Positions 44,394-62,409 of a DNA stretch of 64,000 nucleotides are shown here, piece after piece. A model generated the notes under the pieces. That model was not told the DNA's origin. It ran no database searches and saw only the letters and a list, made by a program, of their open reading frames with translations. Source of the DNA: Auanema rhodensis (taxonomy: Eukaryota; Animalia; Nematoda); NCBI GenBank assembly GCA_964057225.1, contig OZ059898.1:8370001-8434000 (forward strand). Reading direction: 5' to 3'. Every line of letters begins with the position of its first letter. Position 1 is the first letter of the stretch. A program made the translations under genes and the position numbers.

Positions 44394-45615
44394 TGGATTG
44401 TATTGTGATGTTATGTAATAATCGGGTGTAAACATCCAAATTCAAAACTAATCTCCTGTTGTTAATAAATTATATATTGGTCTGTTTTGTTGTCACTGCA
44501 GTTTTGAATTTCCGTTTTTTCCTCGTTATATTTTGAGTCATGTGCCCACACAGAACTGCTTCACTTTGGGCGCAATTATGCCACGTCTGCTAAAAGTGGA
44601 AACAACTATCGCTTTTATTTCATGATCATCTGGTCATCTAAGGTCGATGGTTAACATACGTTGACTAAGATGGACTCTACGCGCACACATTTCGACGATT
44701 TCGAAAGATTGTTCGACAGTTGACGTGTATTTTGCATCAGCAGCCCTCGCTCTGTTGGTTGGTAGTAGGAGTGGCGTGATTCTCTGCGTCTCTCAACGAC
44801 ACTTGCTCTCCCTCTTGCTTGTAGCCTCATTCCATTGCGACAAATTCAGCTGTAAGGTTGAGCTGTTTTGCTATTCTTCTTCATGTATGAAGCATTTTTT
44901 CTAATTTTATTTTTCTTATGATTCAATATCCTTTGTCCTCTTGAATTTTATTCGATGCTATCTGTAATAGGCAGGAGGTCCGTATCACTGTTTATTGATG
45001 CGAAAATAGTTCATGATAAAAAGCTTTGGCCCAACGCATTCTAACCCATTAGTGCTTATCAGCAATAAATCATATATGACGATGCTCTCATCCCCGTAGC
45101 TAGCCGAAGGCTTTCTAAGTGGCATTTCCGTTCAATGCCACGTATCTGTATTTTGTAGTCCAGAGACGGTATTCAATAATTTCTCCGAAAGTGACCGCCT
45201 ATTTTTACGTATCACCATTGCTGGCAAGATTTGGCAATTTTTCTACTGTTGTTTGCCCACAAGTATGTTCAATGTATTTGCACCTTGCCGTTATTCTAAA
45301 CGTTCCCGCTTGCTTAAGTGAGGAAGCTCTTATATCTATGTATGTTCGGATCACTTAAAAAAATAGGTAGCAAAAAATTAGCCTACCTGTTTATTATTTT
45401 TAAAAAATGACGTTGCTTTTATCCTTGCATCGTAAGTGTTTATACCTCACTCTCCGGTTTTTACCCTCTGCCAATATCGATTTTGTTCTTTTCTCGAGAA
45501 AAAAGTCTGTGTGCCATCAATTGTTCTCTTTTTCTTTCGTCGTCAATTCCCACTTCACTATTAACTTTACTATTTTTCCAATTAGCTTATTATTAATTGT
45601 TTTAAGTTATTTGGG

Positions 45616-48804
<3,189 letters not shown>

Positions 48805-49309
48805 TTCTGTTTGTCTTGTAATTCTAACTTTTTTTTAATTCGTGAGACACATCGTCTTCAAAACGATTTTTTTCCGCTTACCCTGAGTTCTGATGATACG
48901 TTCTTTCCTTTTCTAATGAAATCTCCCTAATTCGTAGCTCAGTTCCCTGTGGTTTTGTCATTGACGGATTTTTTTACGCGTTAGTTGTTTGCTCCAATTC
49001 ACTGAATTCTTTCGGTTTTTCAATTCAAATTTATTAAAGAAATATCTATAACTTCAGTAGATTATCGAATTTCTGTTTTAACTTATTTGTTGTTGACCCT
49101 GCTTTACTGACTACCGATTTCGTCTGATTGTCCTATCCAGTATGCTGCAGCTCCAAATCCATACATGGACCTGCTCTCGTTCATGTTTGTTTGTTGGCCC
49201 ATTTATAGTTTTATCATAGTTTTTTGTCTTTGTGTACCCGTAATATGATATAATAAAATTTTTTGATAGTTTATTTTAAAAAATTGAAAAAAATAACCAA
49301 ATGAGATCA

Positions 49310-52300
49310 TCATATTCTGTATTTGATTCCCTTATCATACTTGTAATACTCGTATGGCTTTAACTTTGGATTAGTTTCTAGCGGTACTATCCGTTTATAG
49401 AAGATTACCCATAAGGCCATTGTGGCGAATAAAGCACCCAACTGAAATTTCACAATATAACTTCTATTAACTAAACTTCAAGTTAACCTCAATGTACCAT
49501 AGTGGTATAGGACCTTTTTTCTCAAAGAGGTATGACACTAAGATAGGTCCCAATGTACGAGCTAAACTTCCAGCCATTAGCATTACTCCTTGCATTGTTC
49601 CCTGAAAACAATTGTGTCAAATATTTAAATTTTTAGATATTTATACCTGTCTTCTACTTCCTAGAATTTTACTGAATAATGTATTCATAGAAATATTTAC
49701 GATAGGGAAACAAGCAGCCAAAACAATTCCATAAAAGACGGCATACAGCCAAAAGCTGACCTTAATTAAATATATGAAGGCATTGTGCCTATGGGTTTTT
49801 GGAACTTTTTACATCAGTTTTTTTTAAAATTTACGAGAATCGAAAGAGGATGATCAATTAGGAGTAAGGTTTTAAAGCTTACATCGTGTGTTGAATCACA
49901 CCACGTATACGTTTTTCGATCACATCCTACAGGTTCTACCTCTTTATTTTTCAATGTCACATTTCCTAAATAAATACATCATATTTTATAAATCTACTAA
50001 AAGTTTTGCAATAAAAATGCTAACTCAGTTCTGGGAGAGTACCACCAGTTGGATAAGGGAAAGTCACAATATGGAAAAGAGCGCCGAGGAACAGTCCAAA
50101 AATAGTGAAAATACGTTCTTTGTTCTTTGACACGCTAAAAATAAATAATTGGCTTAACTGAAAACAAAATTTCTATTATAATTGTTTTTCTTAATTTTAT
50201 GTGTTAGCATAAGTTGTGGTAAAGATAATATTTATCAATATTTTGAGTTCTTTAATTAAAACTCACTAATCTCCTAAACTGTATGCAAAGAATCCATAGA
50301 TTATAACACTGAATAAACCATTAACCGCTTGTAAAATTCCTATAAGAAAACATGAACAATGGATTTAAGTTCAATGAAGTAAAAAAGTCTGTCTATATAT
50401 TGTAGAAAACTTTATCAGTTCTGCATTGTACTAAGAGAATTAAATAAATACCAATGTTAGTTACAGCCTTTTCATTTGTCCATGCCCACATCATTTTTGC
50501 ATACATACTGCCTACTCTGCAATAATTACTTTTAATTTGTTGGTAAATGTATCCATATAATTAGCTTGTTATTTGTAAAACAATTTATATTATAAGCTAA
50601 TTCTCTTAACAATTTTGAATTTTGTATATGGAAAGTTTTGTTTTGAGTACTTTGAGTATACGAATTCGCGCTCAACCAATTTGTTATTTGTGAAATTCGA
50701 ATAACACACAATTGAGTATGTTTTTAGTTTTTTTGCTTTCCTCAAAACAGGTCCTTGTGAATTGTGTGAATCATCAATAAATAATCAATAGTTTGAATTG
50801 GTCTTGTTTACAATCATTGAAATGATATGAAATTTTGAACTAAATAATTGTAAACTAACGTTTCTAAATTAGTAATGATGAACATGAGTGTAAATTGTGT
50901 GACAACGCAAACGCCTACTGATATAAGATCATATTTAGGCATCGCGAAGTAGGGATCTGAATTTTCGTAATAAAATAAATTTATAAATTGTTTTGAACCT
51001 TCGTCTTCTGATACTTCTGTAATACCGGCGTAGCTTTCTTCTAAGTATATGAATATGAACAACAAGCAGATCAGGTTGATTAGGCATGCAAACCAGGCTG
51101 GCGCTGTGTACATATCCAAGTGAAACCGGCCAACTACCCATCCAGGGTAATGGATTGGAGTAAAAGCAACCTGAAAAAAATTAAAAATTAGAGGTTTTCT
51201 TGGCCACAATTTTGAATACTTCAATTCCGGGTCCGATTGTCATACCAATGACATAACTGGCTTGAACGAATGTGATGGCTCTAGCACGATCTTTCAAACT
51301 ACTAGCTGAAAATAATATAGTAAAGTAATTACATAAGAGTTGTGTTATAACCTGTAGCTGCATATGCTCTTTGAACTCCTACGGTACCTGCACCAATACC
51401 AATAAAAAATCTAAATTATGTAGGTCTTACACTATATATAATAGATTCTTTGTTAAATAAGGGAAATTGTTTAATATTTATCAATTCTCATGATTCAGCT
51501 GACAACTCTCTAAACTATAAGAGGCTATTAAATATTCTCATCAAGTTAGACAGTGATATCTTTTTTATTCTTTAATATTTAAACTACAAAATGTAGTTTA
51601 GTTAATGTGCAATTTGAAAATAATGGTGTGAACTACAAACGATTTTTTCATGAGAAAAAACTGAAATTATTATTTCATAAAGTTGGAATTACCAAATTAT
51701 GAGTTTTATATCTTAAATGTCATTTTTCATATCTGCTTATAGTTTGATCGAGACTCGAACGATATTACCGTGCAATCATCATCACCCATCGACGTTGTTT
51801 CTCAGCAAATGACTCCACAAAACAGAAAATGACGTTTGAGATAATCATAACCACAATTCCAAATACAAGAGGTTGACGAACTGTAAAGATGTTATAAATC
51901 TTTATTTTTGGTTTTTGTTAGCGCATCAATGCATAAAGCTTTGCATAGAAAAAAAGCTGGGATTATGTATTTTAACATGAATTTTTAAATGTTTAATTCA
52001 TAATAAAGAAATCAGAAGATTACTCTAATAATAGACATGAATTAGGTAGGATTTGGTTATCTTTAAAGATGATAAGAATAGCATAGCTTGTTAATTTATT
52101 ATGAGAAGGATATTGTTCGAAATGTTTCTTTAGTTAATCCATAAATTGTTAATTCGTATCCAAAAAAAATAATTTGAGAAATCGATAAGCATCTTAAGAA
52201 ATAAAAAAAGATATTTTAAATAGGAAATTCTACAGTATCCGATAAGCATGGAGACTTAAATTATCTTTTTAGTGAACCGTTTAACAAGTGATATTAAAAC

Positions 52301-52736
52301 TAATAATACTGAAAAGCATACTTGATTTAGATTTGTTCATCCAATATCCAAAAGCAGGACTTGCTATACCTTGTCCAAATGAAAAAGCCGCTGTGATGAG
52401 GCCAAAGAATGTCTCTGAAGCAGTTGGATCTACCTATAAAAGGAAAAAAGTTACAGTATTTGAAAGATTGCTGTACTGTATTTAAAAATGGCCATAATGT
52501 GGGAAAGAAAATAGAAAATTGTACTCCAGTAAAGAAGCAAATAGCTGTGAGTAAGTAAATTGATTTCCAAGACGTTTCAAGCTCGCCTTTCCCTTCACTG
52601 TAAATCAAAATAATGAAGACTTATACCATAAATCTATGTTAACATACACATCGTTTGAACAGTTTGAAACGTCTGTTATTGTGCTACATACTGAGGTTAT
52701 AGTGGGTTTCCTCACCGATCCATTTGTGATTGTCAT
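49310..52736 (-). CDS. Major facilitator superfamily transporter, MFSD8/CLN7-like, multi-exon
   Basis: TSWKSIYLLTAICFFTGVQFSIFFPTLWPFL, SSLKDRARAI, GMTIGP, LDMYTAPAW, LFSKILGSRRQGTMQG, GSLARTLGP, FYKRIVPL...KGIKYRI*. Confidence 0.88.
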
Positions 52737-54960
52737 CTGATCCTGAAACACTGATTAGTCAGCAGAAGCGTATAAATCAGACTATTAAATAAGACTAAGA
52801 GTTTGAGCTTAGAAAACGATAAAACAATGTTTGAATCATGATTTTCTTTCATCATAATTGTACTTTATTGAGATCAATCTTATGAAAATGATAATTAATT
52901 CTGACTGATCCTTAGAGTTGACATACGACAGCATGACAATGCGGAATAAGAAAATTGAAATGAAAAAAACATAGTCCTTATATGCCGTTGAAAACAGGTG
53001 AAATACAAAAAAAATAAGATTTTAGCAATATTTTACAATACAAAAGGTATGAATGTGCTGAAAAGTCTCCGAAGAAGCAGCTATTAATCAATTTTTTTGA
53101 TATTAAGACTATAGTCATCATACCATTTAGCTCGAATGTGGTCTGGTTAAGAGCCATCTATATACATATTATTACAGGTTATCTAAGCAATTCAATAAAT
53201 TGAGATCATTTTCTTAATGATATAAAGATGCTAATTAAGTGTGAATTGTTGAAATGCCATTAAAAGCATTTAATTAGCAATAAACATATAATATCACATA
53301 TTTAGATATTATACATTGAATATAATTAAAGATTATAAATATAGTTTTTACAATTATGAAAAAGAAACAACTTTGTAATATACGAGATAGTTAGTATTTA
53401 ATCAATTAGAAATTTAGAAGAGAAGAAAAGAGAGAGAGAGAGAGGGAGAAAGAGAGAGAAAGAGAGAGAGAATAAGTAGTAGAATCGAAGAAAGAAAGAT
53501 GATTGCTTATCATTAGCCTTTATGCTACTTAGCCTTTTCTTTCTTCTAATAATCAGTACATGCATATTCAAATGCTGTTGTTAGATTCCAAAGACTAAAC
53601 AGAAATTTCAAAATCTTATATTCAAACTTTGAAATACAGTTAATAAACAAAAGAAAATAGACGAAAAACTATTTTGAATTTAAAAACGGTATAAAGATAA
53701 TTTAACTCAGTTAAATAGTTAAAATAACATATAAGTATGATCAGTATGGTTCATATAAGATTGGAATAGGACCAAGATAGGGAACAACCTCATGTTTCTG
53801 TTTGAACCGGTTGTAGAACGACTTGGCGATGATGCGAATCAGAATATTTCTTATCTGTTTTCCTTATAGGTTAAGCCCATTGTAGTTTCAACTGAGTTAT
53901 CAGTTTTTAAACTTCAGCCAGACGTTATACGCAATGCGATGGAATTGCAAGAACCGGAAGAAAGATATGCTGTGAAGCATCTTGTCTCGGAGTAAAATGA
54001 TAGGACAGAGAAATCATAACATCTGATTATGAATTACATTTTTATATAATCTAAAGATATTATCTTCAAGCAGTTGTAATCAGGTACAGAGTAGTATATG
54101 CCGGAATAATTTACATGGCAGATATCATATCATGAATAAGTGACATGTCTGCTAAGCATCCGGATTATAAAGAGGTGTAAAAAAAATTAAAGAAAGAATG
54201 ATATAAAAAAATAAAAAAATGTATATATAAGAAGATTGGAAGTTGATTATAATTTGCCTGTATCAACGGGAAAACTGCCAAATTCTGATAAAGTACTTAG
54301 GCTTTTTACCCACATATTTGATGTGACCCATATGACCACACATAATATGCAAATTTTTATATCTTATTCTAAAGTTATTTTTATTATAATACATACCAAA
54401 AAAAAAGAGATAACTGATATGATTAATACATTAAAAATTTAAAAAAATTCTTTGACTATTTTAAAAGTATTTAAGTAGCACTACTATCAATAGATAAAAA
54501 AAGTTTTTTTTATCTATTTTTCATTTACATGTTCGTAGTTATAAAGAATTATGATTATTGAACCTAAAAGGTCAATAGTCCTTAACTTATAAATTATCTT
54601 ATATTTTTCAAATCTAATTTTAAAATATTATCTATTTATATATTCTTTTTTTTAATTATATTTTATTTTATTTTTAAATAATCAATGTATTTGAAAAATG
54701 AAAAATCCTATTGTCTTTCCGCATTAAAATTAATTTTTTTATAATTATAATTAATATTAAAATTTAATATTTTCACCTTTGTATTCAATAGTATTTTCTT
54801 GGAAACTATGAATCATATTATATTTAAAAGCTGTTTTTAAATTTGCTATTGAGTAGGCACAGTTGTTTAAACATTGAAAAGGAATGGATAAATCGTATAA
54901 CCGGCAATTCCATCACTGTACATTCAGTTCCCATATTTTAAATAATTTCAAGCAATTGCT

Positions 54961-56547
54961 ATGCTTTTCTATTTTCTATTATTATCAACTATATTATTAA
55001 TAGGTTTGTTTCATATCTTCTATATTTTATTTTTGTATGATTGTTATAATTTACTATACTAATGTTTGAACTTGAGAAGTACCTATTTTGAACGCAAATA
55101 TAAAATAAATAAATAAATATATATTATAATATAAATTTATTACTGTTAAGTATATATATATATATATAAAATTGTTTTTATTATTTCTTTAAATTCAGAT
55201 GCGGAAAAGCAATGCCCCCGAAATTCCATGTACTTCGACTTTGAGCCTTGTGATCCAAGTCGACGATCTCAATGTCCTTCTGGCTTTACATGCAGGTATA
55301 AATATATTAGTTAATAATTAACTTAACATTCAAAACCATTATAAAATCTATTATATTCATTCTTTAATTAAAACATTATTTCATAGAAGGAGCATGGACT
55401 TAGAAAGACCTGACTTAGAACTATTTTTGTGTTGCGAAAGTGCCGATATGACAGCAGGTGAATGTAAGTGATTTGAGATTTATTATATTTAAGTAACAAT
55501 TATTGAATATTAATCTTATGAATTTAGGGTTTGCTGAAGCTATGATAGCTCCACAAGTTTTTCCACAAGCACCATTAAGTATAATCAAAGTGGTATATAT
55601 AATAGTTAAATAATGTATAAAATATCTTTTAAATTATTTAGTTAAAATTACAATCATTGGATAATAATAATGAATTTCCTCCTGTACATGTTGGAGATGA
55701 AGTTGTTGTTATAACCTTCCCAAATTATGTTACTGGTGTTTTACAAAATGTTGAGTTGAATCAAAATTTCATGACAACTGGATATTATCATGTAATGACC
55801 ATAGTAGGTTAGTCTACTTTCTTGCAACAATACTATACAAATAATCAATTAAATATGTGCTTATAAATCAAAATTTAGATCCGGGATATCGTCCATTCGC
55901 ATTTTTCTTTAACTATAATATTCCTTGTTCACAATCTCCAGTTATTAACTTATTTCCTAATGCTGGTTCACAAACGAATTCAATGCAGCGTTTTCTAACA
56001 TATATGGATAACACGACAACTGTTCCAATGCTTGAATCATGTACGAAATGGATATTTTCTTTGTTTTTGTTCATCACACGACTGCAATTATCGAGCTTTT
56101 TACAGATCGTGCTATGTATGTTGTATTAGTGTTCAGAACAAATAATCCTTTATTCATTCAACAGCAATATGGATATAATGGTAAAAAATAGAAAAAGACA
56201 AACAACCTACAGAAAGCTTCCTGATTTAAGACTTTTCCTACTTAACTGGAGCAGTATTGATGGGTAATTGCACGGACATAACTTGCCTGCTCACAAATAC
56301 CATGTTTGGACGCGAGATTGGTCAACCGATTTCTGGATCCATATTCTATGTGAGTTATTTTTGATCTACATTATATTCCTAATCTGAAAAAAAAGCAAAA
56401 AACTGCTGATAATTATTTGATTGGATATTGCAGATGACGACAAAACGTAGTATGTTTCCAATGAGTGAGCAACAATTTCGTGACAAAGCTGGCAGTATTT
56501 CAGGCTATTTTATAATTTTTTTATTTGCTTATCTTCAGTTGATTTGA
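54961..56547 (+). CDS. Secreted, probably GPI-anchored protein with an N-terminal Cys module (WR1/Lustrin-type) and a divergent PEBP-like domain
   Basis: Exon 1 (54961-55003) signal peptide MLFYFLLLSTILLI|D; CPRN...CDPSRRSQCPSGFTC...LCC; IAPQVFPQAP, YYHVMTI-DPGY, YVVLVF; hydrophobic tail GSISGYFIIFLFAYLQLI*. Confidence 0.7.
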
Positions 56548-58906
56548 ACTGAGTAATCAAAGATTATAATTCTTATCAATATGTTTTTTTTTTATCTGAA
56601 TCAGTTTGTTGGTAGTCAATTGAATGAGATTCTTAAAATATTTACTAAGTTTCGTACCGTCTGTAACTTTCTGTTCAGAAATTCGCTATCTTAGTTGAAA
56701 TTCTGATTCCGAGCTTCTAAGCTCATGTCTGTGTAGTATGAGAAAATGAAATTATTATATAAATTACATTTCAATAGAAATTTAACATTTTTTTCTAATC
56801 GTTTCATTGAAACTTCCTCATTTTGAAATTGTTTCTTAATACTTTTTTTTATTATTTAATATGTATTCTATTTCAATATATAAACATTATTGTTTTATTT
56901 GGAAATCTAGATATTGTACTTCCCATTTCATACTGTTTTAGTAAAAATCATACTTTTTTACACAATGGACGATCAACAATCATGACCTCCGATGATCATT
57001 GAGAAAACTTATGAAATCATCTTTTTTTCTTCTTATTTTTTTTGTTTTGAAATATATAATGGATATATGAAAAATGTGATCGAAACAAACGAATTACGAT
57101 GGAGTAAGAACATCTGAATTTCGAAAATATTCAAAGAAAAAATGGATTCAAATGATTATGATTGATTGATTAGCTATAGTTTTTTCTTATTTTGCCTTAT
57201 ATTACATACATATTCTTACATATTTCATAACTGATTAAATAAAATTGTCGTCACATGTTAGACATCTACATGTAAATTCATCGCTCAATTATCGAAGACA
57301 AAATAATAACGTTTGGTTGAATGTTTAGATTATTCTCTTTTCTATCTTTCTACGTATTTCTCCATTCAATTCTAAGGTTTTTTTCCTAAAATATCATTGC
57401 CTTTCAGTCTGTATATTCAGTTTTCCTTCAATATATAGCTAAACATAAAAAAGCTAGAGCTATTCACTTAATCTATAATATTTACTCGTTGAATTATTAA
57501 TTTTTTATTCTGAGCTCTTCCATTTAATGTGATTTTTCAAACATTCAAACAAGATCAATTTGCTTTTTTTTGCTCACACATTAAATTCATAGCACTAGTT
57601 GTTGCCAATTTTCTCTTAATTACATATTATCTTGATTTTTGTGTGAAGAATAGAGGTAAGGATGGACATGTAGAGCTAAGATAATATACTCGAAAAAAAG
57701 AAAATTGCAGAATTTGTAGAGATAAGACATACATATATGTATGTAAGTTTTAAAAACAGTAAAATCTTTGTAAAATCAATGAGGCATCTTACGATAGACA
57801 GATAAGACAGGAAACATCTCATCTTATCGTGCAGAGATTTTCATAAGCTTCCTTGCTAACGAACGCCCACGAAAGATTTAAAGATGATTATTTAATTTGA
57901 AACAGCTTCAAATACAATGAAAAAGGCGACTGACTCATGACTCCTACTCATTTCATGAAAGTTTTAGAAAAAAAGAAAGAAAAAAGGGAACGATAACAAA
58001 CAGAAAAAGATTTCATCAGAATGAAATGCCTTTACGGGATGCCGTTTAGTTTGGAAAAAGATGAATGACATCAGGGATTAAAGGTCATACATACATATGT
58101 CGACTACAAAACGAAGAAATAGCTTAGTTGTTTGTAAATTCATTTAGATGATTCAGTTCCCATATGCTTTCGTATGTATGTGTTTCTATAATGTTTAACA
58201 AACTAACAGGCACGTCTTCTACAATTGTTTAAAAGAAGGAAGTGAAATACTTATGAATTAGATGAATTATTAGATGAAGCAGACAGCAAGCTCATAAAAC
58301 TTCCGTGACATCTTTATGTGAGTGCAGCTTTTTTATCTTTAATTGTTATGAATCAAAGTTTGATCACGTCATGCAGTGATGACACGTTCGTTATATTCGC
58401 AGTAAGTGAGAGCACAGATTTTTCACGTGGATATCATATAAGTACATGAAATAGTTTCTACATATTTCCCTTTTTTTTTTGTTTTTTGAAAGATTTTTCT
58501 AAGATTCATTACTTTAAACTTGATGAAAAGTAACAATATGATGACAGATATTATGATATATCAGAGCATTTTGAGATATTATAGAAAAGTAGGAGGAGAT
58601 ACTAATAACACGAAAATCATAATACATACACTTTTAGATGAACTTCGTTATTGTATTATATAATATATATATTTATATATTTATTTCAACATGCTTGCCA
58701 TACTAATTTCGGCTTTAATCATTATTAAAAGAGGTGGCGCCTAAATGGTCTTGAAATGCTGAGCTTATCAACATTATCTTTTTTTTCTGTACTATCTTTT
58801 TGTTTCGTTTTTCGTTCATATTTCTTTGTCATCTTTGCCTTTTGTCATTTTGTAACCCTGTCGTGCTTTTTCTTGTATGCTCTTTTTCTATCTTTCTGTT
58901 TGTCTG

Positions 58907-58907
<1 letters not shown>

Positions 58908-58987
<80 letters not shown>
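58908..58987. repeat. (CT)40 microsatellite
   Basis: Perfect dinucleotide run; it produces the spurious SL/ER-repeat ORFs in the track. Confidence 0.95.
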
Positions 58988-58993
<6 letters not shown>

Positions 58994-60061
58994 CTCCTCT
59001 ACATAATCACTATTCATTTTTTGTTTTACTTCAATCTACATAATCACAGCATCTCTGATAGAAACTATCACTCCATCATTGACTCAGGAGTTACTGATTA
59101 CTGATTAACTGATGCTGGTGCTGGTGCACGAAATATGATTCTATACCTATACATATATGTATATACAATTATTAAAGCATTGATTGATCCTGAACTTGGT
59201 CTAGTGACGTCATTAATCAAAAATTTCTTCAGAGCTTATAAACGCTAGCTCTTATTCATTTATTTGCTGATAGTTTTGCAACCTGAAGTGCTACTTGTTA
59301 ATGATTTTCAGTCCTATCTTTAGTATATGATCACAAAACACACTTCTAATTTATTTATTGTTTTTTTATTATTCATTTTATCATTTGAATTATGGAAAAC
59401 GAAGCATATTCGAGCCAAAGTAGAGGACAACAAACACTTTTTCTTCTGATTGGCAAGCAGAAAACCGTTTCTTTTGATTCTCAAATGAATTAAAACAAAT
59501 CAACAAAAGATAACTCCTAGTTTCTTTCTCTCCTTATTCTCCTCCCCTCTCTGTATTTCAAAATGATCATCTCCCTCATCTTTTTTCAAATATATTTTGC
59601 TAAAAAATGAAAACATTAAATAATACAACATTTTTAAAATTTTTTTCAATCTGTTAGCAGAACTGCAATTAACAATAAATGATAATTGACTCATCTTTAT
59701 CATCTATACAAATGAATATTAAAACTATTCAATTATCCTTTTTTTGAATATTTCGTTTAAAAATCAATCGATATTAATATATGTTTCTTCAAATTTCTTG
59801 TTTCATACCCTACATATGTAACTCACTGTTGAGCATTAGATGGTGAACAAAGCTTTATATCAGCAAAACTTCAGAGTATTATCATCAAGCCAATATATTG
59901 AATGATTTTTTTTCAATCTTTTAATATTTTTGAAATATTTTATACAACACACAATATTAACTATATTAAAATTGTATTATTCGAATGAAATAGTTTTGTT
60001 TTGCTTTATTAAAACAAGATTATATTCAGAAAATTTCACGATTCTGATTCCAAGCGACTCA

Positions 60062-62001
60062 ATGGGCTTTGTGCTCAGCTTAGCCTTGAGTATAGAATAT
60101 TTTTCAACAGCCATCTCTCTAATATGTCTACCCATTAATATAATCTTTGTGATTATAGTTTACCAAGAGAGGTATTCTAAATTATTATAACTCTATTATG
60201 TTCATACCATGTATCTCAGTCACTTCAGGCGTCGAGCTCCTTTCGACTCACCATTCTTCCGGCTATGTATTCATCTGTCTGTAGCCGATATTCTGATGGA
60301 AATATTTTGTACGCTCTTCTTAAAGCTGCCCATGTTCGGTCTTCTTCCGACCTCGTTCTATAAAGAAAATTGGTCAATGATCCCATTGCTCGGTGTGAAC
60401 TACTTAGGCCACGCACAAGCAATCGGAATCATAGCTATCGCATTTAATAGGTTAGAAAAAAGATTGAGATTCTTTTATTAATTTATTATATTTTCTAAAA
60501 TAAATTTGAAACAAATTAATGATGTCTTTCAGATTTACCGCAGTATACTTTCCAATAAAGCATAAGCAGAAATGGTGGAGACCTAATGTGAGTTCAATTA
60601 TATAATAAAAATTCTTTGTGATCTTTGTTATAGGTTACTCATTTAATTCTAATCATGCAATGGACCATTCCTATAATTTTTGTTTTGCCACTTTTCTTTG
60701 CTGATTTCAATTTCATATTCAATCTTCAATACGGTTCAGTCATCTTTACAGCCAAAGATCCAAAATTTCATACGGTAAGGTTTTCATTGAAAATAAAGAT
60801 TTCAAAGATTTCTTATATTATTAGATGAATCTTTCCTTTTTTTAGTTTGAAATTAATATAATTTTGAGATAGAACGATTTTTTTTTGTCTTTTCATTGAT
60901 AAGATAATAATTCTTAAAATGATATCCAGAAATATATTTTCTAACTCTCTCTTAACAAAAGTACATGTAAGCTAACTAATAGGACTAATTTCATCAATTA
61001 TTTTATTTTCTCAAAAAAAATTTAAATGTTTTTTTAAAAATTCAAAGTATATTGCATCATTTTCGTCTAAGGGTTTGTTCTCTGTTTCTATTTTTTTGAC
61101 AAAAATGATAAGAAATAAAGATAGACAGTTTCATATTAATAAAAGTTATTTCAGTTCTACTTCATTGGATTGGCTATTTTGGATGGAATTATCATCAATG
61201 TGCTTGTATCCGTTCTTTACGTAGCTATATTCATACGGTTAATATATATATATATATATTATAATTAATATAATTTTTTGTGATTTATAGAGTACAGTCA
61301 CATCCTGTTGTTCAGAAGCCTGGCGAAGTTGCCATGCGTCTCGCATTATCAGCTTTCATCATTTTCACCTCGTATCTTTGTTTAGGAGTAAGTTTTTTGT
61401 TATTTTTATTTACGTTTCATCGATTCTAATTAATTAAAATTGCAAAGCCTTTTTTTTGATTGACATTCATATGTTAGCAAAAAAAATGTTATTTTTAAAT
61501 TTTCAATAATTGCTTCTTCTTACAAAAAGTTTCATCGATGGTCATTATATAATATTATATTATTGCGTAGTTATGACGTCAAATTCAGCCATTTAGCCAA
61601 TTTCATTTATTTTAAAATTTGCTTATATCAGAGAACAGAGTCGAAATATTTTAGGAAAATTGAAGAAAATTTCTTTTATTTCGGAAGTTAAAAATATAAA
61701 CGGAAGTATTTTTTTTAATTTCAAACTGCTTATAGAATATCAGATTATCATTAAAATCAGAATATATGACATTCATTATGCTTTATAGGTATTCGCGTTC
61801 CTCTCAGCTATTGCTCCTCCTCCGGATGCTTGGACTTTCCGTACGTTATGGTTTGTGATAAATGATCTGTTATGTGCAAGCAATGCTCCAGTACTTCTGG
61901 CGTTAAATCGCCCTGTTCGAAAAATATTTTTAGAAAAAATTGGATTCAATATCAAATCTTCCTTACAAACAAACTCATTATTAAGTAATCCTAACGCTTA
62001 A
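60062..62001 (+). CDS. Nematode serpentine chemoreceptor-like GPCR (Srg superfamily, Srv-like), about 7 exons
   Basis: Hydrophobic helices; APFDSPFFRLCIHLSVADIL; AFNRFTAVYFPIKHKQKWW; NDLLCASNAPVLLALNRPVRK; stop at 61999-62001. Confidence 0.85.
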
Positions 62002-62409
62002 ATATCACCTTTTTAATATTTATTTTATAAATAAACTATTAAAAAAGAGAAATGAAAATATTATATATTGTACTATTTATAATTTTTTAATATAAAAGCA
62101 TACTTCAGTATTATTTCGCTATATACTTCCATTTTCCAGTATATTTGATCTCTTCGATCTTCCTTGTAATAATTCCTAGACCTTTTCTATTGAAACGGGT
62201 TAAATAAAGCTTTTGTATTGTATAAACCGTTTAATCATATTTTCAAAAAAAAAAATTTTTTTTTCAATTTTCAAAGCAATTCGAGAGAAAACGCACTAAT
62301 ATCGGTTATAATCCAGCAATAGGGAATATTTTTATTTGTTTTAAAAACATTTGTTAAAGAGATCAGAAAGTTTACGAGAAAGAAAAGAAAATCTAGAAAA
62401 TCCTTTAAT

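Noticed and set aside
54489-54518. 14-bp AT-rich inverted repeat (similar palindromes near 57722 and 45361)
   Set aside because: Low complexity; expected by chance or slippage in very AT-rich DNA.
58756-59104. ORFs with SLSLSL/ERERER runs
   Set aside because: Translations of the (CT)40 microsatellite.
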